Assembly: GCA_963780225.1 (NCBI GenBank)
Contig: CAWAAX010000006.1
Location: 18,136-82,135 of the forward strand
Length of the DNA stretch: 64,000 nt
Direction: 5' to 3'
From: an uncultured bacterium
Lineage (GTDB): Bacteria; Edwardsbacteria; AC1; EtOH8
Below the pieces are notes generated by a model. The model saw nothing but the letters and a program-made list of their open reading frames with translations. It searched no databases and had not been told where the DNA came from. Of the stretch, positions 54,328-63,656 are shown one piece after another. The translations under genes and the position numbers were made by a program. Positions within the stretch are counted from its first letter, which is position 1. The number at the start of each line of letters is the position of its first letter.

Positions 54328-55887
54328 GTGGAAAGACCATATAAAATACTTTGGGTGGACGATGAAATTGAACTGTTGAAGTCACAGATCCTCCTGCTTC
54401 AGAACAAGGGCTTTATCGTTATCCCGGCAGCTTCGGGCGAGGAAGCGCTGATCCGGGTCAAGGAAACTGATATTGACCTGGTGCTGCTGGACGAGATGAT
54501 GCCCGGAATGGACGGTTTGGCCACATTAGCCGCCTTACGCCAGCTGAGTCCCGAGCTTCCGGCCATCATGGCCACCAAGAACGAGAAGGAGGAACTGGTG
54601 GAACAGGCCCTGGGCCATAAGATCGATGACTTTTTGCTGAAGCCGTTGAACCCGGCCCAGGTGCTGGCCTCCTGCCGGAGGGTGCTGGAATCCCGCCATT
54701 TGGTGGAGGGGCAGGCCAGCAGGGAATACCTGTCCCAGCTGAACAGCCTGCGGAATTTTGATTATCCCTCGCTGGACTGGCAGGGCTGGTGCCACCACTA
54801 CCAGATGCTGACCGAATGGGACCTGCGGTTGTCAGAACTGCCAGACCAGGGACTGCACCAGAGCCACGAGGACATCACCAGGGAGGCCAACCTGGAATTC
54901 GGGCGGTTCATAGAAGAGAATTACATCCATTGGATGCACGGCGCTTCCCGCCCGATACTTTCCCCCGACCTGGTGGAACGGTACCTGTTGCCGACCCTGA
55001 AAAACAACCAAAAATGCCTGCTGCTGGTGTTGGATTGCATGAGGCTGGATCAGTGGTTGCTGCTGGAGCCCTACTTAAAGGAGTGGTTCGACATCAAGCG
55101 GGAGCATTATTATTCCATCCTGCCCACCGCCACGCCATACTCCCGTAACGCCATCTTCAGCGGTTTGTATCCCTCGCAGCTGGCCCGGAACTATCCCCAG
55201 TACTGGGAAAAAGGAGGTCACGCCGGCGAAGCCAGCCTGAACCGCCACGAGCATCAGCTTTTGGAACTGCAACTGCAACGGCTGAAGGTACCCCATCCGT
55301 CGGATTTCCGCTATTCCAAGATATACAACATTGACGAAGGCCGTGAACTGAAGAAGGTCTTCGGCTCCTGGCAGAATGTTGCGCTGGCGGCGGTAGTGGT
55401 CAACTTCATGGATATCCTGGTCCATTCCCGGGCCGAGTCGCTGGTGCTGCAGGAGATCGCCCCGGACGAAAGGGCCTTCCGTTCCCTGACCCGCACCTGG
55501 TTCGCCAATTCCGACGTGCTGAACATCCTGCAGCAGGCGGCCAGGCAAAAAAGGCAGGTGATAGTGACCACCGACCACGGATCGCTACAGGGCCGGCGGG
55601 CCACCATCATCCAGGCCGGACGGGATACCAGCGCCAACCTTCGCTACAAGTCCGGCACCAACATATCCTGCGATCCCCGTCAGGTGCTGTGGATCAAGAA
55701 ACCGCTGGAATACATGCTGCCAGAGGATTTTACCGGCCTGCAATACCTGGTGGCCAAGGAGGATTATTATCTGGTCTATCCCACCAAGTATGAAGAATAC
55801 CGCAAGCGTTATGAAGGGACCTTTCAGCACGGCGGAATTTCGATGGAGGAGATGATCCTGCCGGTGTGCCGGTTGACCCCGAAGTGA
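54328..55887 (+). CDS. Response regulator with an N-terminal REC domain fused to a C-terminal PglZ-like (alkaline-phosphatase superfamily) domain
   Basis: REC: 'ILWVDDE..LLDEMMPGMDG..KP'. The C-terminal ~370 aa contain 'VIVTTDHGS', the PglZ-type metal-ligand motif, and there is no DNA-binding output domain. Confidence 0.65.
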   Translation: MERPYKILWVDDEIELLKSQILLLQNKGFIVIPAASGEEALIRVKETDIDLVLLDEMMPGMDGLATLAALRQLSPELPAIMATKNEKEELVEQALGHKIDDFLLKPLNPAQVLASCRRVLESRHLVEGQASREYLSQLNSLRNFDYPSLDWQGWCHHYQMLTEWDLRLSELPDQGLHQSHEDITREANLEFGRFIEENYIHWMHGASRPILSPDLVERYLLPTLKNNQKCLLLVLDCMRLDQWLLLEPYLKEWFDIKREHYYSILPTATPYSRNAIFSGLYPSQLARNYPQYWEKGGHAGEASLNRHEHQLLELQLQRLKVPHPSDFRYSKIYNIDEGRELKKVFGSWQNVALAAVVVNFMDILVHSRAESLVLQEIAPDERAFRSLTRTWFANSDVLNILQQAARQKRQVIVTTDHGSLQGRRATIIQAGRDTSANLRYKSGTNISCDPRQVLWIKKPLEYMLPEDFTGLQYLVAKEDYYLVYPTKYEEYRKRYEGTFQHGGISMEEMILPVCRLTPK

Positions 55888-55909
55888 TTTCCGCCGAATA
55901 AATCAAAAA

Positions 55910-56374
55910 ATGCATTTGATACATCTTCCATTCAATATAACCACCAGCTCCGCCGAACAGACCCAATCCTTCGGACATACGCTGGCCTCCCGTTTATTGC
56001 CCGGGGATGTGATCTGCCTGTGGGGCGACCTGGGCACCGGCAAGACCACCCTGACCCAGGGCATCTGCCGGGGTCTGCAGTCAAAGGAGATGGCGGTCAG
56101 TCCCAGTTACGGTCTGATCCACGAGTACCAGGGGATCTGCGATATCTATCACCTGGACCTGTACCGGCTGGAAAACTCAGCCCAGGCCGAAGAGATCGGC
56201 GTCACGGAATATCTTTACGGCCGGGGGATCTCCATCCTGGAATGGCCGGAGCGGATCCGCGATATCCTGCCGGAAAGCCGGCTGGATATTCATCTGACCA
56301 GGCTGGACCAGCAGACCCGGAAAATTGAGATCAAAACATCAGGAAATAACTGGAATGACAGGTTTAATAATTGA
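55910..56374 (+). CDS. tsaE: tRNA threonylcarbamoyladenosine biosynthesis ATPase TsaE
   Basis: 'GDVICLWGDLGTGKTTL'. Confidence 0.9.
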   Translation: MHLIHLPFNITTSSAEQTQSFGHTLASRLLPGDVICLWGDLGTGKTTLTQGICRGLQSKEMAVSPSYGLIHEYQGICDIYHLDLYRLENSAQAEEIGVTEYLYGRGISILEWPERIRDILPESRLDIHLTRLDQQTRKIEIKTSGNNWNDRFNN

Positions 56375-57035
56375 CACCAGCGGTCCCTGGCTGAACATGG
56401 CCGTATGCCGGGAGGATGATATTTTGGCCTCGGTATCACAGGATGCGGGCAACCAGCAGGCCGAGAGACTTCCTTTTGAACTGGGCAACATCCTGGCCAA
56501 GGCAAAGGTGAAGCTGTCTGAAGCAGACTGGCTGGCGGTAACGGCGGGGCCGGGCTCTTTTACCGGCCTGCGGGTGGGGGTATCATTTGCCCAGGGTCTG
56601 GCCATGGGCTCCGGCATCAGGCTTTTGCCGCTCAACACGCTGGATGCCATGGCCTGTCTGCCGGAGGGTTTTTCCGGAGAATTGTCTCCGATGATGGACG
56701 CCAAAAAGGGACAGGTCTACACGGCCTTATACCGGTCAGAAAACGGGACCAGCCATCCGGTCTCTTCATATCAGGTGCTGGAACCCCAAGCCTGGCTTTC
56801 CCGGCTGGCTCCCCGGACAAAAGTATTCGGCAGCGGAGCTTATGCCTACCGGGAGATGATATCACAGTCATACCCGGAACTGATGATGGATGAAGCATAT
56901 ATCAACGGCCCGGAGATCAGCGGCCTGGTCAGGCTGGCCTTAAAAAACCTCAATCAAAACAAATTTGTACCGGCCGAAGAGCTGGATGCGTTTTACATAC
57001 GCCCCTCTGATGCCGTGGTCAAACTGAATGCCTGA
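56355..57035 (+). CDS. tsaB: tRNA threonylcarbamoyladenosine biosynthesis protein TsaB
   Basis: 'MTGLIIDTS...GPGSFTGLRVGVSFAQGLA'. Confidence 0.88.
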   Translation: MTGLIIDTSGPWLNMAVCREDDILASVSQDAGNQQAERLPFELGNILAKAKVKLSEADWLAVTAGPGSFTGLRVGVSFAQGLAMGSGIRLLPLNTLDAMACLPEGFSGELSPMMDAKKGQVYTALYRSENGTSHPVSSYQVLEPQAWLSRLAPRTKVFGSGAYAYREMISQSYPELMMDEAYINGPEISGLVRLALKNLNQNKFVPAEELDAFYIRPSDAVVKLNA

Positions 57036-57492
57036 GATCAAGGTAGACCTTGAGAGAATGACGGAAGGCCATCTGTCCCAAGTATTGGCCATAGAGCAGG
57101 CCAGCTTTTCCGATCCCTGGAGCGAAGTGATGTTCCGGCAGGAACTGGAGGATGACCCGGGAAAGTACCCCGTTGTCCTGACCATGAATTCCCAGGTGAT
57201 CGGCTACGGCCTGGGCTGGATCGTGCTGGACGAGTTTCATCTGGGCAACCTGGCGGTCCGGCCGGACCTGAAGGGGCGGGGGTACGGAAGCCTGATACTG
57301 GAGCGCATGCTCAAGCTGGTTAAGAGCAAGGGCTGCCGGACGGCATCGCTGGAGGTCAGGGCCTCGAACCATACCGCCATTAACCTGTATCATAAATACA
57401 ATTTCAAAGAGATCGCCGTTCGCAAGAAGTATTATCAGGATGAGGATGCCCTGGTGCTGCTGGCCCGGCTGGATGAGGAAAAAGCATGCTGA
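57028..57492 (+). CDS. rimI: Ribosomal-protein-alanine N-acetyltransferase (GNAT)
   Basis: GNAT motifs 'LGNLAVRPDLKGRGYGSLIL'. The tsaE-tsaB-rimI gene order is the conserved arrangement. Confidence 0.85.
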   Translation: MPEIKVDLERMTEGHLSQVLAIEQASFSDPWSEVMFRQELEDDPGKYPVVLTMNSQVIGYGLGWIVLDEFHLGNLAVRPDLKGRGYGSLILERMLKLVKSKGCRTASLEVRASNHTAINLYHKYNFKEIAVRKKYYQDEDALVLLARLDEEKAC

Positions 57493-58817
57493 AAAAGGGG
57501 GATATCATTGAACTGGGACTGGACAGCATGGCTTGCGGCGGGGATGCGGTAGGACGGCACCTGGGACAAACCGTATTCGTGCCTTACGGGCTGCCCGGCG
57601 ACCAAGTGAAGGTCCGGGTGTTCGACGCCCACCAGAAATACTGCCGGGCCGTGATAATGTCCATCGTCAGCCCCGGCCCCCAGCGGATCAAGCCGGCCTG
57701 CCAGTATTTCGGGGACTGCGGCAGCTGCCAGTGGCAGATGATTGATCATCCCCGCCAGCTGGAGCACAAAAAAACAATTCTGGAACAGACCCTGGCCAGG
57801 ATCGGCGGCATCAAGGATGCCGGGATCGAAGTCCTGGCAGAAGGCTCCCCCTGGCATTACCGCAACAAGGCCCAGTATCCGGTGTCCCAGTCCAAAGGGA
57901 AACTGGTCATCGGTTATTACCGGCAGGGCAGCCACCAGGTGGTTCCGATCGAAGAATGTCCCATCATCCAGCCCGGTTTAAACCGGGTGTTCCAGCAAGC
58001 CAGGGACATCCTGTTGACCGCAAAGGTGCCGGGATATGATGAACTGACCAACAATGGGATATTGAGGCACTTGATCCTTCGTTACGGACAGTATCAGGAT
58101 AAGATATCCCTGACCCTGGTCTGCACCAAGGACAAGATACATCCGGAAGTGATAGACTCATTGTCCGCCATTCCCGGGGTCGGTTCGGTATGGCTGAACC
58201 TGAATGCCGAGCCGGGCAACACCATCCTGGGGAGAAAATGGAAACTGTTGTCCGGGGAAAACCAGATGGAGGAAGAACTGGACGGGATCAGGTACAAGCT
58301 TTCGGCCGGATCTTTCTGGCAGGTGAACCAGCTGACGGCCGGAGTGCTGTACCGCCGGATAAAAGATGAACTGCAGTTGACCAGCCGGCAGCAGGCGGTT
58401 GACCTTTATTGCGGGGCCGGAGCCATCTCCCTGCAACTGGCTTCATCGTCCGGCAAGGTGCTGGGAATAGAGTCTTCGACCCAGGCGGTGGATGACGCCA
58501 GGGACAGCGCCAAAATGAACGGGATCACCAATGCCGAGTTCATGGCCGGCCCGGCCGAAGTGCTTTTGGAAAAAGTGCAGCAGGCCGACGCGGTGGTCTG
58601 CGATCCGCCCCGCAGCGGTCTGAAGCCGGAAGTGATCCGGGAACTGACCAGGCTAAAACCTCAAAAGATAGCTTATCTTTCCTGCGATCCGGCCACTTTG
58701 GCCCGGGACCTGAAAGAGATCATGAAATCGGATTACCGGATATCAGGCCTTTATACCGCCGATATGTTCCCCCAGACCTATCACATAGAAACTCTGGCTT
58801 TATTGCAAAGGAAATAA
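57486..58817 (+). CDS. rlmD: 23S rRNA (uracil-C5)-methyltransferase RlmD/RumA family (TRAM domain, Fe-S cysteines, SAM MTase)
   Basis: TRAM N-terminus, 'CQYFGDCGSCQWQ', and 'VCDPPRSG'. Confidence 0.88.
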   Translation: MLKKGDIIELGLDSMACGGDAVGRHLGQTVFVPYGLPGDQVKVRVFDAHQKYCRAVIMSIVSPGPQRIKPACQYFGDCGSCQWQMIDHPRQLEHKKTILEQTLARIGGIKDAGIEVLAEGSPWHYRNKAQYPVSQSKGKLVIGYYRQGSHQVVPIEECPIIQPGLNRVFQQARDILLTAKVPGYDELTNNGILRHLILRYGQYQDKISLTLVCTKDKIHPEVIDSLSAIPGVGSVWLNLNAEPGNTILGRKWKLLSGENQMEEELDGIRYKLSAGSFWQVNQLTAGVLYRRIKDELQLTSRQQAVDLYCGAGAISLQLASSSGKVLGIESSTQAVDDARDSAKMNGITNAEFMAGPAEVLLEKVQQADAVVCDPPRSGLKPEVIRELTRLKPQKIAYLSCDPATLARDLKEIMKSDYRISGLYTADMFPQTYHIETLALLQRK

Positions 58818-59324
58818 ATGAAAACCGGGAATAAAAAAACGCCGCCCAGCGGCCTATTATTTTGGCCGGGGTGGCTGTTATTGCTGAGCCTGTCGGGCTG
58901 CTATTCCTTTCACAGCGGCCGACTGCCTTTCAAGACCATCGGGGTACCGGTGGCCTCCAATGCCACCGGGGATTACCGGCTGCCGGACCTGATCACCAAG
59001 TCGGTGATGACCGCCATCACCAGGGACGGCTCGGTGAAGCTGGCTGAACCAGAGAAATCAGAAGGGGTGATGGCCATAGAGATCAAAAGCTACAGCCGGG
59101 ATCCCCTCAAATACAGCGCTCAGGAAGTGGTCTCGGAATACAAGATCACCATCACGGCGGCGGTGACCGTTAAAAACGACCAAGGCAAGGTCCTCTGGGA
59201 GAACCTTGCCTTAAGCGTCTGGAGCACCTATCTTCCTGATCAGGAAGAAGAAAGCGCGGGGATCGGGAAAGCCTCGGACAAGCTGGCCGAGGAAATAGTA
59301 AGGCAGGCCTTTGAGAATTGGTGA
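58818..59324 (+). CDS. Lipoprotein, possibly LptE-like
   Basis: It has the lipobox 'LSLSGC', is 168 aa long, and has LptE-like size and composition. The assignment is weak. Confidence 0.35.
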   Translation: MKTGNKKTPPSGLLFWPGWLLLLSLSGCYSFHSGRLPFKTIGVPVASNATGDYRLPDLITKSVMTAITRDGSVKLAEPEKSEGVMAIEIKSYSRDPLKYSAQEVVSEYKITITAAVTVKNDQGKVLWENLALSVWSTYLPDQEEESAGIGKASDKLAEEIVRQAFENW

Positions 59325-59328
59325 AGGA

Positions 59329-60210
59329 TTACTGGGTGGGGAAAAAAAGGATCCGGTGGTTGTCGCAGTCCACAATATAGAGGTTTCCGCTTTCATCTAA
59401 AATAATTCCCTGGGGGTTATAAAACTGGCCTTCTCCGCTGCCGCTGTTGCCGCCGGTGCTTTGAAAAACGCCATCCAGAGAAAATTCCTGAAAACGGTCA
59501 TTGCCGGAATCGGTGACGAATATCTGTCCGTTGGAGCTCATGGCTATCCCGGAGGGAGAATCAAACTCTCCTGTATCCTCACCGTAGGACCCCCAGCTGG
59601 AAAGATATTCGCCTTGGGGCGAAAAGACGCAAATCCGGTTATTACCGGTGTCAACCACATAAAGACGGCCTTCGCCGTCAAAGACCAGGCCCCGGGGTTT
59701 GCGCAGCTGGCCTGGCTGGCTGCCGGACCGGCCGATGGTTTCCAATATCATCCCGTCTGAGTTCAAGATGTAGATCATGTCCTGCGATTGGTCGCTGAGA
59801 TAGATGTTGCCGTTGGCGGCAATGACGATCCCATAGCAGCGGGATGAGTCCGGCAGGGGCAGCTGGTACAACTGGATGCCTTCCTGGTCGGACACCAGTA
59901 TCCGGCGGTTGCCGCTGTCCACGGTGTAGATGTTGCCGTCAGGAGCAATGGTCAGCGAAACAGGGTCGTCAAAATCGGCCGAGTCCTGTCCAAAACGGCC
60001 CCAGCTTTGCAGAGGCTCAAGCTCGGGGCTGAATTTTTGGACCCGGTCATTTCCCAGCTCCGTTACATAGATGTGGCCCTGTCCGTCCAGCGCCACCCCG
60101 GCAGGGAAGGAATACTCGCCGGGGTTGTCCCCGAAATCGGCCCGGGCCCAGATCGGCAGCAACAACAGCAGGGCCAGATAATATTTGATTAATTTATTCA
60201 TCACCACCAA
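59329..60210 (-). CDS. Secreted NHL-repeat six-bladed beta-propeller protein
   Basis: It has a signal peptide and repeated 'P.GIA.D..GN.YV.D..N.R...F' NHL blades. Confidence 0.8.
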   Translation of the reverse strand: MVVMNKLIKYYLALLLLLPIWARADFGDNPGEYSFPAGVALDGQGHIYVTELGNDRVQKFSPELEPLQSWGRFGQDSADFDDPVSLTIAPDGNIYTVDSGNRRILVSDQEGIQLYQLPLPDSSRCYGIVIAANGNIYLSDQSQDMIYILNSDGMILETIGRSGSQPGQLRKPRGLVFDGEGRLYVVDTGNNRICVFSPQGEYLSSWGSYGEDTGEFDSPSGIAMSSNGQIFVTDSGNDRFQEFSLDGVFQSTGGNSGSGEGQFYNPQGIILDESGNLYIVDCDNHRILFFPTQ

Positions 60211-60231
60211 GCATAAATTAAAATCATTGTT

Positions 60232-62604
60232 TTGTCAAGTACCAATTTAAAATACGCCGAGGTGGCCCTGCCGCTGCCTGGCAGCCGTCCATTTACTTAT
60301 GAGATCCCGGAGAAAATGGGGGGCAGCCTTTGCCCGGGGATGCGGGTGCGGGTGCCTTTGGGAAGCCGGGAGATGATGGGTTATGTGGTGGCCTTGTCCG
60401 AAACCACCGGCCACAAAACCAAAGCCATACTGGAAGCTCCTGATCAGGAGCCGGTATTAAGCAAAGGCCTACTGGAACTCACCGGCTGGGCCGCTTCCTA
60501 TTACGGCTGTGCCTGGGGAGAGGCTATCAGGGCCGCCCTGCCTCCGGGACTGGATGCCAGGCAAAAGGCGCTGATCTCCGTCAGGGAAGGGGCAGTGAAT
60601 GATAATGATGATCCGGAAGGCGCGGCACTGTTACTACTACTGGAGGAGCGGGGGGAGAGCGCAGAATATTTTCTTTTTCAGCGTTTTGGCACCGGCATCA
60701 AATCGGTGATCAACCGGCTGATAGCAAAAGGATCTTTGGAAAGAAGGCTAGCCTGGCAAAAGCAGGTTACAATCAAACAACAAAGGTGGCTGGTTTTCAA
60801 TTGCCTAGCAGAACTCCCGGCCCGGGCGCTTAAACAGAGATCATTGCTGGAAAAACTAAGCCGGGAAAAGGAAATCCCCCCGGCCGAGCTTTTAACGGAC
60901 CAGTCTTCCGCCGTTGCTTTGGTGAAAAAGGGTCTGGCCCGCTGGGAGAGCCGCCAGTCGGTCAGGCTGCCTCGGACCGATTACGCCGAAACAGCCAAAG
61001 CCGAACCGGTCTTGACCGGGGAACAATCCCAGGCCCTGGAAATGATAAGCCGTGACCTGGAACAAAAAAGATTCAGGGTGAACCTGATCCACGGCGTCAC
61101 CGGAAGCGGCAAGACCGAGCTCTACCTTCAGGCCGCCCGGCAGGCTGTCAAGCTGGGGCGCTCGGTGCTGATACTGGTGCCGGAGATAGGACTGACCTCC
61201 CAGATGATATCCCGGGCCCAGTCCAAGCTGGGGCAGGTGGCCCTGTGGCACAGCGGGATGAGCCAGGGCGAAAGACTGGATGCCTGGGAAATGTTAAGGC
61301 AGGGGAAAGTGCGGGTGGTGGTGGGGACCCGTTCGGCGGTCTTCGCCCCTTTGCCGGACCTGGGACTGATAGTGGTGGACGAGGAGCACGATCCTTCATA
61401 CAAGCAATCAGACGCCCGGCCGTATTATCACGCCAGGGACCTGGCCATTGTCAGGGCCAAGGCCGAAGGGGCATCGGTGATACTGGGCTCGGCCACCCCC
61501 TCGGTGGAAAGCTATCATAAGGCCGAAGCCGGCAAATTCCGGCTGTTCCGTTGGGAAAAGAGGGCGGGAAATTCAAAGCTGCCCCGGGTGGTGCTGGTGG
61601 ACCTGAAATCCCAGTTATCCGGGCCGGGCCTGATCTCGGCCCCGCTGGAACAGGCCATCTCAGAAGCTTTGGGACAAAACAGCCAGGTAATGCTGCTTTT
61701 GAACCGGAGGGGTTTTGCCCCCTATGTCCAATGCCGGCGCTGCGGTCAGATAGTCAGCTGCCCCAACTGCAGCATCAGCCTGACCTATCATCTTAAGGGC
61801 CCCAAAATGCTCTGCCATTATTGCGGATATTCCCGCAAACCATTGGATGCCTGTCCGGCCTGCCATTCCGGCGATTTTGTTTTCAACGCCAAGGGGGTCC
61901 AGGGGCTGGAAGAGGAGCTCGGGGAAAAGTTCCCCAAAGCCGGAGTGCTGCGGATGGACGCCGATACCACCGGGCGCAAGGGGGCGCACCAGCGTTTGCT
62001 GCAGAGCTTCTACAATAAGGAAGCCATGATCCTGCTGGGAACCCAGATGATCGCCAAGGGGCATGATTTTCCGGGGGTCTCGCTGGTGGGCATCATCAAT
62101 GTGGATGACATTCTGGGCCTGCCCGATTTCAGGTCGCAGGAACGGGCCTTCCAACTGGTATCCCAGATGTCCGGGAGGGCCGGACGGGGGGACCATCCGG
62201 GGCTGGTGATTGTTCAAACCAGGCTCCCCGATAACCCGGTGATGGCCTGGGCCAAAGATCACGATTACCAGGGCTTTTGGAAACAGGAGATCAATGACAG
62301 GATGGAACACAGTTATCCGCCGTTCTCACATCTGGCCCTAATAACGATCTCAGCCGGCCAGGAACAGCCCGGGGCGAGCTTTGCCGGGGTGTTCGCTCAA
62401 AAGGCGCAAGAAGTCAAAGGGGAAGCTGAACTGCTAGGCCCGGTCCCTTCCCCAGTGTTCCGCCTTAAAGGAAGGTACCGTTGGCAGCTTTTGATTAAGG
62501 CTTCCCGGCCATCGGTTCTGCAGTCTGCGATAAGAAGCTTGGACCTCCCTCTGCCTCCGGGGGTCAAAACCATCGTGGAGATTGACCCGGTGTCGTTATT
62601 TTAA
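60232..62604 (+). CDS. priA: Primosomal protein N' (replication restart helicase PriA)
   Basis: 'YAEVALPLPGSRPFTYEIP', Walker A 'GVTGSGKTE', and the Zn-finger cysteines 'CRRCGQIVSCPNC..CHYCGYS'. Confidence 0.93.
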   Translation: MSSTNLKYAEVALPLPGSRPFTYEIPEKMGGSLCPGMRVRVPLGSREMMGYVVALSETTGHKTKAILEAPDQEPVLSKGLLELTGWAASYYGCAWGEAIRAALPPGLDARQKALISVREGAVNDNDDPEGAALLLLLEERGESAEYFLFQRFGTGIKSVINRLIAKGSLERRLAWQKQVTIKQQRWLVFNCLAELPARALKQRSLLEKLSREKEIPPAELLTDQSSAVALVKKGLARWESRQSVRLPRTDYAETAKAEPVLTGEQSQALEMISRDLEQKRFRVNLIHGVTGSGKTELYLQAARQAVKLGRSVLILVPEIGLTSQMISRAQSKLGQVALWHSGMSQGERLDAWEMLRQGKVRVVVGTRSAVFAPLPDLGLIVVDEEHDPSYKQSDARPYYHARDLAIVRAKAEGASVILGSATPSVESYHKAEAGKFRLFRWEKRAGNSKLPRVVLVDLKSQLSGPGLISAPLEQAISEALGQNSQVMLLLNRRGFAPYVQCRRCGQIVSCPNCSISLTYHLKGPKMLCHYCGYSRKPLDACPACHSGDFVFNAKGVQGLEEELGEKFPKAGVLRMDADTTGRKGAHQRLLQSFYNKEAMILLGTQMIAKGHDFPGVSLVGIINVDDILGLPDFRSQERAFQLVSQMSGRAGRGDHPGLVIVQTRLPDNPVMAWAKDHDYQGFWKQEINDRMEHSYPPFSHLALITISAGQEQPGASFAGVFAQKAQEVKGEAELLGPVPSPVFRLKGRYRWQLLIKASRPSVLQSAIRSLDLPLPPGVKTIVEIDPVSLF

Positions 62605-62631
62605 AATAGTTAAAATATTTTAAAAAAAGTC

Positions 62632-62660
62632 TTGACGGCAAATGGCGTAAATGCTATACT
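62632..62660 (+). promoter_or_regulatory. Sigma70-like promoter upstream of hup
   Basis: TTGACG (62632-62637), a 17-bp spacer, then TATACT (62655-62660). An AAAGGAGGG RBS lies at 62703-62711. Confidence 0.6.
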
Positions 62661-62720
62661 AATAGCGTTAATGAAAAACAACAGTTCTAATTTTATAAAG
62701 CGAAAGGAGGGATATCAGTA

Positions 62721-62990
62721 ATGAATAAATCGGAGTTAATCGAGATTGTTGCAAAAGAAACTTGCACCAAGGTTGAGGCAGCCAAAGCGGTCAACGGTGT
62801 GTTTGATGCCATTGCCAAAGCTTTGAAGAAAGGCGACACGGTTACTTTGGTGGGATTCGGTACCTTCTCGGTCAAGAAAAGAAAGGCCAGAATCGGACGC
62901 AATCCCCAGACCGGCAAAGAGATCAAGATTGCCGCCAAGAAGGTCCCGGCTTTCAAGGCCGGCAAAGAACTAAAGGACACAGTGAGATAA
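62721..62990 (+). CDS. hup: DNA-binding protein HU
   Basis: 'MNKSELIEIVAKETCTKVEAAKAVNGVFDAIAKALKKGDTVTLVGFGTFSVKKRKARIGRNPQTGKEIKI' is canonical HU. Confidence 0.95.
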   Translation: MNKSELIEIVAKETCTKVEAAKAVNGVFDAIAKALKKGDTVTLVGFGTFSVKKRKARIGRNPQTGKEIKIAAKKVPAFKAGKELKDTVR

Positions 62991-63656
62991 TCTCTCCAAA
63001 ACAAAAAACCCTCCCGCCTTGGCGGGAGGGTTTTTTGTTTTTATGCCGTGCCAGCGGAGGTATTCTATTTCATCAATTTCTTGGTGATGATGACAGAAAC
63101 CAGCGTCAAAACCAGCAGGGACATTACCACTATGATTATAACACTGACGAATTGTTTGGCCTGAACGCCGAAAGAATATTCCCAGACAAAACAGCAGGGC
63201 GTACCACAGGGCGATCCCGGGCAGGCCGTAAAGCAAAACCTTTTTAAAACTGTAGCCGGTCAACCCGGCGATCAAAAAGCCGAAGGAACGGCCGCCCGTT
63301 ACGGCCCGGTTCAAGGCCAGGATCAGGTTCCCATACTTAGCAAAATGGCCTTCCATCAACAGCAGCCTTGAGGGCGAAAGAAAAGGGCGGGGCTTGGCCA
63401 GAAAATAGTCCCGGCCTTTTTTGATTCCGATCCAATAAACCAGCAAGGCTCCCAAAGAACCTCCCAAAAACGCCGCCAGGAACCCGGGAAACCAGTGCAA
63501 CTGGCCTTGGCCCGCCAGTATGGCGCAAAAGATGACCACTACATCGCTGGGGGCCGGGGGAAAAATGCCTTCAAGAAAGGTGGCCGTAAATATGGTCAGG
63601 TAAGCCCACCAGCCGCCTTGGGAGGCCAGAGTATTGGCCAATTGTTCCATGCTCAT
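62970..63656 (-). CDS. DedA/SNARE-associated family membrane protein; the 3' end is uncertain because the ORF reads through the terminator hairpin
   Basis: 'LTIFTATFLEGIFPPAPSDVVVIF...' is the DedA pattern with multiple TM helices. Confidence 0.65.
   Translation of the reverse strand: MSMEQLANTLASQGGWWAYLTIFTATFLEGIFPPAPSDVVVIFCAILAGQGQLHWFPGFLAAFLGGSLGALLVYWIGIKKGRDYFLAKPRPFLSPSRLLLMEGHFAKYGNLILALNRAVTGGRSFGFLIAGLTGYSFKKVLLYGLPGIALWYALLFCLGIFFRRSGQTIRQCYNHSGNVPAGFDAGFCHHHQEIDEIEYLRWHGIKTKNPPAKAGGFFVLERLSHCVL
63009..63041. terminator. Strong bidirectional Rho-independent terminator
   Basis: ccctcccgcc-tt-ggcgggaggg, flanked by aaaaaa upstream and ttttttgttttt downstream. Confidence 0.8.
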
